Source: Cyanophyceae cyanobacterium (lineage in GTDB: Bacteria > Cyanobacteriota > Cyanobacteriia > Cyanobacteriales > JBHJGN01). Taken from it: DNA of 64,000 nt. Every line of letters starts with the position of its first letter. Position 1 is the first letter of the stretch. Shown here piece after piece: positions 1 through 10,832 of the stretch. The notes under the pieces are model-generated. The model saw only the letters and a list, made by a program, of their open reading frames with translations, did no database searches and was not told the origin of the DNA. Made by a program: the position numbers and the translations under genes. The stretch is taken from positions 940 to 64,939 of the forward strand of contig JBHJGN010000021.1 in the NCBI GenBank assembly GCA_050331735.1, given 5' to 3'.

Positions 1-154
1 AGAGGCTCGGTCCCGCAAGCAGTTCCGTCGGCAATGGACGCATACAAACGCGAATATGAGCAAAGAAAGGCGGATTTTCAAAGGCTTGCTCCTGATTACT
101 AAAGTCTGCCGCCAGCATCTGAGTCAGCGTTTTGATATCTGTTGAATGAGTCAT
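1..154 (-). CDS. cpcT: Bilin lyase of the CpcT/CpeT family, N-terminal 51 codons only; the gene runs off the left edge
   Basis: The reverse complement from ATG at 152-154 reads MTHSTDIKTLTQMLAADFSNQEQAFENPPFFAHIRVCMRPLPTELLAGPSL. The FSNxxQAFENPPFxAHIRVxxRPLP block matches CpcT/CpeT N-termini as I remember them. It is absent from the ORF track because it is truncated. Confidence 0.65.
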   Translation of the reverse strand, partial: MTHSTDIKTLTQMLAADFSNQEQAFENPPFFAHIRVCMRPLPTELLAGPSL

Positions 155-300
155 AACAAGCGTTTCAATCTGTAAAAAATGAGAAGCATAGCGACAGCGA
201 ACAGGAAAGAAAGTTGGTGTAGTTAACGGTTAAGTTTCGGCAGTTGGCAGTTGGCCATTGTAGGTCGGGCAAAATAACAAGTTTGATAACGCTTACCTAC

Positions 301-1536
301 TTACCCTCTTGTCTTTTCCTGCAAACGAAACAAAAGCAGTTGCGTCACTTGCTCCTCCTTAAAATTATCATCGCTGAGCAACACTAAACTTTGGCTACCG
401 TCGGACAGATGCGGACCTAACGCCATGCCCTCTAGATTGTCGAGGTTGATACCGAGTTCGCCGAGGTCGAACAGTAAATTTTTCTTAAGCGGTACGACCT
501 GCCCCAAATTCTTGAGGCTGTCAATGCCTGAAGTATCGGTCGCGTTGCCCACGACGACCTGAAAAATTTTGGCCCCCGCGCCCGACAATTTATAAGTTCT
601 TTCTAGGCTGAGAAAGTAGCCCTCTTTCTCTAGAGTAACCAACTCCGTCAGGCCATTCGCGATCGCCCCACTCGGAGCCTCATCGAGCAGGTAGAGATGT
701 TCGGCAAGAACAATCGGGTCGCCCACAGGTCCGATGACATAGTGTAAGAACCGCAGCCGCGCTGCTTCGGGTGCTAAAGCGATATCTTGGAGAAGCGATG
801 ATTCTGTTGCTGTAAATAAGCGAAACGGATCGTCTGCTGCCAACCCGCTAGGGCTGAGCGTCAGCGACTCAAACCCTAAATTTTCCTGCACTCCTTGGGG
901 GTCTGCGTCTAGAGAACCCGGTAGATACCGAGCCGGAACTCGCAACTGATTGAGTAAGTTCCCGCTTTGAGGGTCAAATTCGCCAATAAACGGAGCAACA
1001 CCCCGACTAGGAACTCCTTCGCTGGCAATAAACAGGGTTCCTCGTGGAGAGAGGGCAATTCCTTCCGGGTCAATGTCCCCTGAAGCATACTCACCCTGTT
1101 CGTGAGCCAAAAAGGTCACCCCGTGAATGGCTACATCCGCGATTGTCGTCGCCCCATCAGCATCGTTGAGCGATAGACTAAGGGTATAAAAACGAGCGGG
1201 AGCTAGCTGCGAGCGATCGTCGGAAAGCACGTAGAATAAGTCCTGACGACGATCGTAAGCGAGTGCCGATAATCCTCCGATTGGTGTATTGTTAAAAGCT
1301 GTTTTTGGTAGCTCGTATCGATCGAGAAACTCCAAAGAAAGAGACAAAAATGTTCGTTCTTGAGCCGTTACTCGGGGCGATAGGCCGCAAGCAGAGAGTC
1401 CAATCAGGAGAATGAGGCCAAACAACATACTCAGGCAGATTTTCAGCCCTTGTTTAATGGAGTGGGAACGCGATCGCATCGCTGGTGTCATTGATTTTAG
1501 TGGTAAATAAACCGCAGTGCAGATGCCGACGCTCAC
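301..1536 (-). CDS. Secreted or lipoprotein-like protein of the 'esterase-like activity of phytase' family
   Basis: 411-aa ORF. It has an N-terminal hydrophobic signal ending in LSAC (lipobox-like). It is beta-propeller-like throughout, with the C-terminal LLSDDNF motif typical of that family. The true start may be an internal Met. Confidence 0.55.
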   Translation of the reverse strand: MSVGICTAVYLPLKSMTPAMRSRSHSIKQGLKICLSMLFGLILLIGLSACGLSPRVTAQERTFLSLSLEFLDRYELPKTAFNNTPIGGLSALAYDRRQDLFYVLSDDRSQLAPARFYTLSLSLNDADGATTIADVAIHGVTFLAHEQGEYASGDIDPEGIALSPRGTLFIASEGVPSRGVAPFIGEFDPQSGNLLNQLRVPARYLPGSLDADPQGVQENLGFESLTLSPSGLAADDPFRLFTATESSLLQDIALAPEAARLRFLHYVIGPVGDPIVLAEHLYLLDEAPSGAIANGLTELVTLEKEGYFLSLERTYKLSGAGAKIFQVVVGNATDTSGIDSLKNLGQVVPLKKNLLFDLGELGINLDNLEGMALGPHLSDGSQSLVLLSDDNFKEEQVTQLLLFRLQEKTRG

Positions 1537-1633
1537 AAAATTTAGCGTCGATCGGCTGATGTCTAAGAGATAATTTATTTCACCCTATCGTTTTCAAAGC
1601 CCCTTCTGAATCGACCGAATTGCTTATTTTGAA

Positions 1634-2776
1634 ATGCCAGCGAAATTTTTATTGCTTTTGATTTTGGCGGCTGTACCAATGCCAGTTACTACCGCACAAA
1701 CAGCTAATCCTCTAGAGATAGCCACCGATCCGCTCTTACCGCAGCCTGGGATAGAGCGACCATTAAGCCCATTGGAACGCTCCAGAGTGGAAAGCGCGAC
1801 CGCAGAGTTAGACAGTCAAGCCCGAAGGGAACTCAAAGCCGGAAATGAAGCAGGAGCGATCGCGCTGTGGTATCGGGAACTGAGACTGCAAAGAGCGTTG
1901 GGTCCGAGACAAGAAATTCAGGCTTTGGGAAAGGTGGGAGAAATTGCCTGGAACTACAATCGCCCAGTAGATGTTCAGAATATTACTAACCGCCTAGAGA
2001 TGCTGGAGCAAAATACCCCTATAGCCCCTGCACAACTCCAGGCGTTTGGTCAAGCCTACGAACAGGTCAAAGCCTTGGAGCAAGCCGTGTCGGTTTATCA
2101 ACAGGTGCTAGCTGCTGCTCGCGATCGCAGCGATGAGGAGACGAAAATGGCGATGCTAGAAAAACTCGGTCAACTGCATTTAGATCTGTTTAACTACCCG
2201 CAAGCTGCTGCTGTTTACGAAGAGTTGCTCGCTAAAGCGCGATCGCAATCTGATCGCTTCAGCGAAGGACAGCATCTGCACCAGCTTGCTCAAATTTATA
2301 GTCAAGCGATGCAGCCGCAACACGCCTTGCGGATCAAAGAACAGCTAGCTGAAAGCTACCTTAACGGGCAAGTGGAGCAATTGCCAGCCCTGAAGATTTC
2401 CATTGCCTCTGATTACGAAGCCCTCAATCAGCCAGAAGCCGCCGGACGAAACTACGAGGAAGCTTTTACTCTAGCCTGGTCACTCCAGCAAGTGGCAACG
2501 GCTGGCGACGCCCTGCAAAAGCTCGGCGATCTTTACCGTAACAACAATCAGCAAGACTATGCTCTACAGATTTACCAGGAGTTACTCAAAGTAGAGCAAC
2601 AAACCTACGATTTCTACGGTTTAATGAATACCTACGATCGTATTGGGCAAATTTACGTCGAGCAAAACAACAACGCTCAAGCAATCGCTGCTTACAACAA
2701 AGCATTGCAGGTCGCGCGATCGCTCGGCTACCAAGAAGAGTACTTCAGCGAGAAAATCGAGGCGCTTCAGAATTAA
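1634..2776 (+). CDS. TPR-repeat protein with signal peptide
   Basis: 380-aa ORF. It has an N-terminal signal-like segment (LLLLILAAVPMPVTTAQ) and repeated about 34-aa A/L/Y-rich units (e.g. ALQIYQELLKV, AIAAYNKALQVARSLG). Confidence 0.7.
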   Translation: MPAKFLLLLILAAVPMPVTTAQTANPLEIATDPLLPQPGIERPLSPLERSRVESATAELDSQARRELKAGNEAGAIALWYRELRLQRALGPRQEIQALGKVGEIAWNYNRPVDVQNITNRLEMLEQNTPIAPAQLQAFGQAYEQVKALEQAVSVYQQVLAAARDRSDEETKMAMLEKLGQLHLDLFNYPQAAAVYEELLAKARSQSDRFSEGQHLHQLAQIYSQAMQPQHALRIKEQLAESYLNGQVEQLPALKISIASDYEALNQPEAAGRNYEEAFTLAWSLQQVATAGDALQKLGDLYRNNNQQDYALQIYQELLKVEQQTYDFYGLMNTYDRIGQIYVEQNNNAQAIAAYNKALQVARSLGYQEEYFSEKIEALQN

Positions 2777-2792
2777 TCAGTCGCTGCGCGAT

Positions 2793-2947
2793 GGGCAAAG
2801 GGAAAAAAGTCCCTCCGGGACGGGTAAGGGGGAAACGGAGAAACTGTCGCGCTCGCAATGACAAAAGAACACACAATTAGGAAGCAAGCTGATTTATTCC
2901 CCCCTTTTCCCGTTGCGGAGCAACTTCTTTCCCCGCGCCTACAGCGC
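2793..2947. repeat. Full-length copy of the dispersed hairpin/G-tract composite element, filling the convergent gap between two stop codons
   Basis: The left arm is purine-rich and carries hairpin GTCCCtccGGGAC (2809-2821). The right arm is pyrimidine-rich and carries GTTGCggaGCAAC (2912-2924) and GCGCCtacaGCGC (2935-2947). The architecture is shared with 58903-59048 and 63889-64000. Confidence 0.8.
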
Positions 2948-3546
2948 TATTGTGCTGCGAGCCGAGGCTGGTCCAACACCGACCATTCTTTAATCCCGTG
3001 CTCAGCCAACTCTTTGCCGACCTGTTCAACTTCGGTGGTGGTGCCGTTGAGCACGATCAAGCAGTCTCCATGATGAACGCGATCGCTGAAGTGTTGGGCT
3101 TGCTCTTGAGAAATCCCAAGCTCAAGTAAAGCATTGACGACGCAAAACTCTGTTTCATCTGCATGCTTTCTGAGAGCATGGGCTAGAGTGCCTCCAGCTA
3201 CAACCGAACTAGTTTCTCCCAAGATCGGCATTTTTAGAGATTTAACGTTGTCGAGAACCTCTACTAAACTTTCAAACAGTCCTCCTTGGACGATTCTGTT
3301 TTTGGCGGCTCTCACTTCTGAATCGTTATCGTCTGGATCAAAGTAAATTGCCGTAACGTCATGATTCATCTCGTCTATCTGGGCCACAAAAGAAATTTGC
3401 TCCTTTGATATCCCCATTTCCTGTAATTTGTGCAGGGCAACCTCGGTTTCGAGGTAGTGAGAAAATATACCAATTCCGTATTGTTTACTTGCTGACATAA
3501 CTATAGTACTCCGATAGTTTTTCTTGAAAGACCTTCGTTTTTCCAA
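2947..3546 (-). CDS. General-stress-protein-17M (YflT)-like domain protein
   Basis: 199-aa ORF. The N-terminal YGIGIFSHYLETEVALHKLQEMGISKEQISFVAQ and the C-terminal LELGISQEQAQHFSDRVHHGDCLIVLNG resemble YflT-type stress-protein modules. This is from recollection only. Confidence 0.5.
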   Translation of the reverse strand: MEKRRSFKKNYRSTIVMSASKQYGIGIFSHYLETEVALHKLQEMGISKEQISFVAQIDEMNHDVTAIYFDPDDNDSEVRAAKNRIVQGGLFESLVEVLDNVKSLKMPILGETSSVVAGGTLAHALRKHADETEFCVVNALLELGISQEQAQHFSDRVHHGDCLIVLNGTTTEVEQVGKELAEHGIKEWSVLDQPRLAAQ

Positions 3547-3878
3547 AAGACTTTGGCGTTTGATTCTTTGTTTCCCTTGCTGCGTTCCAGTCAGCTACGC
3601 TGGTTGACTAGGGGACTCTAACTATAGGATGCCCTGTTTTTCTGAAGCGTTATCACAATCTTTACTTAGTTTTATATGCTGGTTTGACCAGAGCGGCATA
3701 GACTAGGTAAGCAGAAAGATTAAACTTGTGCTTGCTTCTTGGTCCCCCACTGACAACTGACGACTTCACTATTGTTTACTTAATTACCCCCTCTGCTTAC
3801 TACTCATCTCAGACAAGAATAGTTAAAAATTAGCAATAAAACACTGAAGCTGTAACTCTCCAAAATAATTGGGACTTT

Positions 3879-4964
3879 TTACAGAGAGTTCCCAGAATCT
3901 CTATCCGTCATCTTTCTAAACGCAGGGGGGCGGCACCAATCTAAAACTCGATTCCAAGCCCACCAAGGATCAGGGTCATTGGCCTGTTGCTGACAACGGC
4001 GGCTGCTGATGTAGCCCACATGCCCCCCACGCGCCGTAAGCCGAAGAGAAATAGCCGGATTCGAGGCACAGGCTGCTTCCACATCAGGAACGAGAGTCGG
4101 GTCAAATAGCGGATCGTCGGCAGCATAAAGAAGCAACGTTGGCTTCTTCAGATGGGGTAGCAGAGTGAGAGCGCTACTGGCAGTGTAGTACTCTTGAACG
4201 CTGCCAAAGCCAAGTTGAGCGATTACCAATTCTTGATCAAATTTTTCAATCGTATCAATCCGGTCAACTGCTGCTAGATCAAGGGTCTCAGGATGAAAAC
4301 GATGAATTTTTTGAGCGAGGAGTTTCAGTTGGCGCACAATCCCTTTTTCTAGCTGCCGTCCCCAAAGATCATTGGTTAAATACGTGAGCGAACGGTTAGA
4401 ATCGAGACTCGGACAAATTACCGCCGCACCGCCAATATCTGATTCCAGGAGATCTAAATCAGCTCCCCAATCCGGCAAGGTTTGAGCCGCCTTCACCGCC
4501 CACAGCGCTAACTGTCCTCCTAGAGAAAATCCAGTAAACCAAAAAGGCGCCGGACATTTCATTTCTTTAGCCTCGGCAGCGATGCGAACGAAATCTTCTC
4601 CTTCATAAAGACCATCGGATGTTAAAGTGCCAGAGAGTTCAGCAGTTTTCCCGTGTGCTCTCCAATCAAAAATGACAACAGCATACCCTTGAGCAAAGGC
4701 CTTACGCCCCATCAGTCGCAGAAACCACTGATTGTCCAAGTTTCCGGTAATGCCATAGGTACCGACAATCGTACTATGAGCATTGTCAGGAATTGCCACC
4801 AGTCCAAAAATGGGGACATCGCCAGCGCCTCGAAAAATCTTTTCTTGGTAAGGCGGTTCTGAATCACCAATCGTCTGTTCCCAATGCTGGCTACTTTTAA
4901 GCGCTGTATAGACAGTCATCAACAATCCATTGCTTAATAGAAACGGCGGCGTATACGTAGGCAT
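3879..4964 (-). CDS. Alpha/beta-fold hydrolase, YheT-like
   Basis: Nucleophile elbow GFSLGG. The N-terminus MPTYTPPFLLSNGLLMTVYTAL is typical of YheT-type hydrolases. I prefer ATG at 4962-4964 over the TTG at 5006 used by the ORF track. Confidence 0.65.
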   Translation of the reverse strand: MPTYTPPFLLSNGLLMTVYTALKSSQHWEQTIGDSEPPYQEKIFRGAGDVPIFGLVAIPDNAHSTIVGTYGITGNLDNQWFLRLMGRKAFAQGYAVVIFDWRAHGKTAELSGTLTSDGLYEGEDFVRIAAEAKEMKCPAPFWFTGFSLGGQLALWAVKAAQTLPDWGADLDLLESDIGGAAVICPSLDSNRSLTYLTNDLWGRQLEKGIVRQLKLLAQKIHRFHPETLDLAAVDRIDTIEKFDQELVIAQLGFGSVQEYYTASSALTLLPHLKKPTLLLYAADDPLFDPTLVPDVEAACASNPAISLRLTARGGHVGYISSRRCQQQANDPDPWWAWNRVLDWCRPPAFRKMTDRDSGNSL

Positions 4965-5151
4965 TTGTAGAGATGAAGAGAGTCGGCTCGGCTTTAATCT
5001 TAGCAATGGTTCTGATCGTCAGCTATTAGCTGACTTGACAGAAAACTATCTTTTTGAAATAGCAAGGGGAGATTTCAACTCAAACAGCACTCTTTGCTAA
5101 ACGCCGATCACTTTTTGATAGGACAGAGGAAAAGGAGTATCCCGGCAACGT

Positions 5152-6939
5152 ATGACAAAGGGAACAAATCGCGTTAAACAGTGGTGGATGTCGTTTGAGC
5201 AGCATCCCGTAGCCTGCTGGGTATTTTCTGGCGTTTGGCTGCTGCTGATTAGCTGGATTGCTTTTTTGTGGAATTTAGGCAACACCGGACTGATCGATGA
5301 GACGGAACCGCTGTTTGCTGAGGCAGCGCGCCAGATGGTGGTTACTGGGGACTGGATTACTCCTACCTTTAATGGTGATACTCGATTTGATAAGCCGCCT
5401 CTAGTCTATTGGTTAATGGCGATCGCCTATCGACTCATCGGCGTCAACGAATGGGCGGTGCGGCTGCCTTCGGCAGGGGCGGCGATCGCTCTGATTAGCT
5501 TAGGCTTCTGGACGCTCCAAGCCTTTGGGGCCACGGCTAGCAGCCCCAAACGCGCTCAGCGTCAGCGCTGGCTTACCGCCTGGATCGGCTCTACTCTGAT
5601 GGCTGTCAACTTTCATACCCTGATCTGGGCGCGAACGGGAGTCTCGGATATGCTGCTTAGCGGCTGCATGGGAGCAGCACTGTTGTGTTTCTTTTGGGGA
5701 TATGCGCAAACGCAGAATCAGACAAATAGCTTTCTTCCGGCTAACCACTGGTATTGGGCTTTTTATGTCTTTCTGGCGCTGGCGGTGCTGGCAAAAGGTC
5801 CGGTGGGGGTGGTGCTACCGGGGCTGATTATTGGGCCTTTTTTGCTCTATGTTGGCAGGCTCAAGGCCGTTTTAAAAGAAATGGGGTTTGTGGTCGGTGG
5901 ACTGGTGTTTGGAGCGATCGCGGTTCCCTGGTTTGTGCTCGTTAGCCTCAAGCACGGAAGCGCCTATACCAGTACCTTTTTTGGCTACCACAACTTCGAG
6001 CGCTTCACGGATGTTGTGAACGGTCATTCGGCTCCCTGGTACTACTATTTTGCGATTGTTCTGGGGTTATTTGCTCCGTGGTCGGTTTATTTGCCTGTGG
6101 CTATATCTCGTCTACGCCTCCGGCGTTCCTGGTGGCTCAAGCAGCCTCGATCTGCTCAATTGGGCTTGTTTGCTCTATTCTGGTTTGCCGGGATCTTTGT
6201 CTTTTTTTCTATTTCGGTGACGAAGCTGCCGAGTTACGTACTCCCGCTAATTCCCGCTGCGGCCATTCTCGTCTCGCTGCTGTGGAGTGAAGAGTCGACG
6301 GCTACCAATAATAAAAAACAATCGTGGGGGCTGATTGCCAGCGGGATCTGCAATGTTTTACTGCTGCTGATTCTGGCTGCTGCCTGTTTATACAGTCCAA
6401 GTCTGCTCGGAACCGATCCGGCGGTTGAACAGGAGTCAGAGCTATTGCAAGCCTCTGGAATCCCTTTACTGGGAGGAATCATTTGGTCAGCGACGGCTTT
6501 AGCAAGCGTCTGGTTATTGTCTAGTCATCTCCGGCGTTGGCTAGTATTGCCGAATCTGATTGGAGTGCTGGCTTTTATCGTGTTTGTGCTGATGCCTGTT
6601 TCTTTCATGGTAGACAGAGAACGCCAGCTTCCGCTTAGAGAAATGGCCGCCGTTGTTGAGCAGGCGCAGCAGCCCGGAGAAGAAATTTGGATGGCAGGCT
6701 TTCGCAAACCTAGCTTGGTATTCTATACCCAGGGGCGATCGGTCAAGTTCTTTAAAACCAATGGCAGATTGAGGGAGCATTTAGCCAATAATGCTTATCC
6801 CAATTCGGTTCTCCTGCTCAGTCATCCTGATAAGACTGAAGAGTATGAATTGGAGCCTCAAGACTACCAAACACTCGCTACCCAGGGAGCCTATCAGCTT
6901 ATTCGGGTTGCTCCTCAGCAACTAGCCGATGACTCCTAG
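5152..6939 (+). CDS. Glycosyltransferase family 39 (ArnT/PMT-like) polytopic membrane protein
   Basis: 595 aa with many TM segments. The first-loop motif DETEPLFAEAARQM...FDKPPLVYWLMA is characteristic of ArnT-like lipid-linked sugar transferases. Confidence 0.8.
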   Translation: MTKGTNRVKQWWMSFEQHPVACWVFSGVWLLLISWIAFLWNLGNTGLIDETEPLFAEAARQMVVTGDWITPTFNGDTRFDKPPLVYWLMAIAYRLIGVNEWAVRLPSAGAAIALISLGFWTLQAFGATASSPKRAQRQRWLTAWIGSTLMAVNFHTLIWARTGVSDMLLSGCMGAALLCFFWGYAQTQNQTNSFLPANHWYWAFYVFLALAVLAKGPVGVVLPGLIIGPFLLYVGRLKAVLKEMGFVVGGLVFGAIAVPWFVLVSLKHGSAYTSTFFGYHNFERFTDVVNGHSAPWYYYFAIVLGLFAPWSVYLPVAISRLRLRRSWWLKQPRSAQLGLFALFWFAGIFVFFSISVTKLPSYVLPLIPAAAILVSLLWSEESTATNNKKQSWGLIASGICNVLLLLILAAACLYSPSLLGTDPAVEQESELLQASGIPLLGGIIWSATALASVWLLSSHLRRWLVLPNLIGVLAFIVFVLMPVSFMVDRERQLPLREMAAVVEQAQQPGEEIWMAGFRKPSLVFYTQGRSVKFFKTNGRLREHLANNAYPNSVLLLSHPDKTEEYELEPQDYQTLATQGAYQLIRVAPQQLADDS

Positions 6940-7151
6940 AAGGACTTCTTGATCTTGGTGCTATTGCTCTGAGAGCAAAAAAGCGATCGCCATACTAGCG
7001 TTAGCTTAGACTATCTATAGCGTTTCTTAATGGCCCCGACAATCTGTACTGCCAATTAGATTTCTGATCGTGGCTACCGCTCTCCGTTTTCTTGAGTTCG
7101 ACGATTCATGTCTCCAAGAATATCAATCAGCCTGCTGTGGTTATTCTCAAG

Positions 7152-7409
7152 TCAAGTAATTCTTTGGTAAGCGATGGTGCGCTCTTGAGACACTTCAGCG
7201 ACAAAGTTATCAAAACGCCGATTGAAATTTTCTTGAGAGCGTTTTAGCTCCTCAGTTTCTAAAGTGAGAGAATCTATCGCTTTGGCATTTGAGCGAGTAA
7301 TGTTTTTTACTTCTAATAGAGAGCTGGTTAATTGTTCTAGAGAAGCTTCTATCCGGTCAATTCGCCGCAGTGTCGATTGTCGGATCGAAGAGATGCTGTC
7401 CCTTATCAA
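7152..7409 (-). CDS. Hypothetical small coiled-coil protein (weak call)
   Basis: 85-aa ORF with a heptad-like sequence (IDRIEASLEQLTSSLLEVKNI...). It has only a TTG start, no internal Met and an AT-rich sequence. It could be spurious. Confidence 0.3.
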   Translation of the reverse strand: MIRDSISSIRQSTLRRIDRIEASLEQLTSSLLEVKNITRSNAKAIDSLTLETEELKRSQENFNRRFDNFVAEVSQERTIAYQRIT

Positions 7410-7468
7410 TGCAGAATTTTTTAAGTCATAGCAAAAGGTGCAAGCCTTGAGAACGCAGAAGACGTGAG

Positions 7469-9154
7469 TTAACTGTGATTATTGTGTTGGGACGCTAATT
7501 GAGCAGAGGAATGGTCGAACCAAAGCTGCTGCTGCGGTAGCGGAATCGACATTCCCGCTTTTTCAAAAGCAATTTTGATGCGGCGGCGAAACTCCCGCGA
7601 GACATCCCATTGCTTCAGGGGTTGCGTTTTGATCCATACGCGAATGACTAATCCTCGATTATCAAAATTTTCCACTCCCAGTACCGATGGTGGCTCTAAA
7701 ATAGTTTCCTGCCAGTCTGCATCGCTGCTCAATTGCTCTGCTACTTCGTTAATGATTTTTAGTGCTCGATCCACATCTGCCTGGTAGCCCACCGGAATAT
7801 TCAAATCGGCTCGAGACCAGTTGCTCGAAAGGTTGGCCACGATTTTGATCTCGCTGTTGGGAATGGTAATTAGTCGTCCTTCTGCATCCCGCAGTTGCGT
7901 AATGCGGAGATTCATGTCTTCGACTAAGCCTCCCACATCGCCAACGGTAATCACGTCACCGATGGCGTACTGGTCTTCGAGAATAATAAAGAAACCGTTG
8001 AGAGCATCTTTGATGAGGTTTTGCGACCCCAAAGAAACCGCCACACCCACAATACCAGCACCCGCTAGAATCGGGCCAATATCGACTCCAATCAGTGACA
8101 GGGCAACCAAAATGCCGATCCCACACCAACTGATCGTGACAATACTTTTAGTCACGCCAGAAATGGTGGACATCCGCAGCCGCACCCGGCGATTGGCATC
8201 AGGAGCCACTAAATAATCACTTGCTAACGCCGCCGTAAACCGATTAATCAGGGCATAGCTGGCGCGAATTAAGAAATAAGTAACAGTGCTGACGAGTCCT
8301 ATCCGAATCGGAATCCTCAAGATCGTAATATAGATTACCTGGAGCGGGCGAGTGTAGGGAAAGAGACCCAGAATGAAGACGCTTCCGCCAATCCACAGCG
8401 CTCCCTGAATCAACTGAAACAGACGATGCTGCATCTCTTTGACGTTGCGCTGCTTCTCGCGATTAAGCTGCGTAAATAGGGGTTGCACCCCAGAGGGATG
8501 AACGGCTAGCTTCTGTTTTTGCTGTTTTGAGCGTCGCCCGTAGCGAGAAATTGACAGACTAACGAGCACTAGACTAATGGCGGTACAGCCAGCAATAATG
8601 CCCTGACGCACTAAAAACTCGGCCTGTCGCTCTTGTTTTGCCTGTTCTAGACCTTCTTTAAGATTCTCCACCATCTGGTCGGCTTTGGTGTCGATGCTGA
8701 CTCCATCAACATTGGCATCAACGGCAGTCACCGACAGCAAACGTACTTCTTGATCGCCAACGGAAACGTGAATGTTTTTAGGAATTTGCTCGCTGGGTTT
8801 GTCGGAGTTTTGAAATTCTGGCGGAACGCGCTTACTAACTTCTAATTCAGCAATATCGTTGTTGAAGTAGATGCGACTGATATCGTTTAACTTCCGCTCA
8901 ATATCGGCAATTCGCTGAGGCAGTTCCGATTTGGGATAGGCAATTTTAAACAGACGACGACCATCGAGGCGCACGTTCCCAGTGGCAGTACTGGTGTTGC
9001 CATTCTGGTTGAGAAGATTGGGAGTCTGAAGGAGGGGAGGAATCTGAAGCTGTGCCTGTACTGGCAGAACGATCGAGATCCCGAGGGCGATCGCTCCCAC
9101 TTTCAGCCAGCTCGGAGCTGCTATTTTATTTAAGTTAACCCACATACGATTCAT
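7469..9154 (-). CDS. Mechanosensitive ion channel, MscS family, with large N-terminal periplasmic/TM extension
   Basis: 561 aa with a signal-like N-terminus. The MscS core is LGSQNLIKDALNGFFIILEDQYAIGDVITVGDVGGLVEDMNLRITQLRDAEGRLITIPNSEI. Confidence 0.85.
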   Translation of the reverse strand: MNRMWVNLNKIAAPSWLKVGAIALGISIVLPVQAQLQIPPLLQTPNLLNQNGNTSTATGNVRLDGRRLFKIAYPKSELPQRIADIERKLNDISRIYFNNDIAELEVSKRVPPEFQNSDKPSEQIPKNIHVSVGDQEVRLLSVTAVDANVDGVSIDTKADQMVENLKEGLEQAKQERQAEFLVRQGIIAGCTAISLVLVSLSISRYGRRSKQQKQKLAVHPSGVQPLFTQLNREKQRNVKEMQHRLFQLIQGALWIGGSVFILGLFPYTRPLQVIYITILRIPIRIGLVSTVTYFLIRASYALINRFTAALASDYLVAPDANRRVRLRMSTISGVTKSIVTISWCGIGILVALSLIGVDIGPILAGAGIVGVAVSLGSQNLIKDALNGFFIILEDQYAIGDVITVGDVGGLVEDMNLRITQLRDAEGRLITIPNSEIKIVANLSSNWSRADLNIPVGYQADVDRALKIINEVAEQLSSDADWQETILEPPSVLGVENFDNRGLVIRVWIKTQPLKQWDVSREFRRRIKIAFEKAGMSIPLPQQQLWFDHSSAQLASQHNNHS

Positions 9155-9462
9155 TGGCTATTCCTCACATCTATCCTGGCAGCATTGTTGATGTCAGTAC
9201 ATCTAATGTCGTCGTCTCGTTAGTCATTGTGCCAAAAGGACACCGAATTAAGCTAATTTGGTGATTGTTCCTCCTGATTGTTCCCAAGTGTATGGCAAGA
9301 GCGATCTCGTTGAAGCAGGGGGCGATTACGGTAGAATAGGTTAAGCCATGTAAAGCAAAAATTGTTTTATAGCGACTGCTGTGTTAAGAGTTCATAAACT
9401 TGGAAGGGTTCCAGTTTGATCAAAATGCCGCTACGCTAGTTAATCAGGTTAATCACCATTGA

Positions 9463-10749
<1,287 letters not shown>

Positions 10750-10764
10750 TCCGTCATGAGGTGC

Positions 10765-10795
10765 GGGGGAGGTGGGGCCTCCCCCCCTTTTTTTT
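10765..10795 (+). terminator. Rho-independent terminator of ahcY
   Basis: GGGGGAGG (10765-10772), loop TGGGG, CCTCCCCC (10778-10785), then a run of 8 T (10888 is not meant; the run is 10788-10795). It lies 16 nt after the stop codon. Confidence 0.85.
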
Positions 10796-10832
10796 AGCGG
10801 TCACTCTTAAGCGAACTGTTTTTCCCCGAAAG

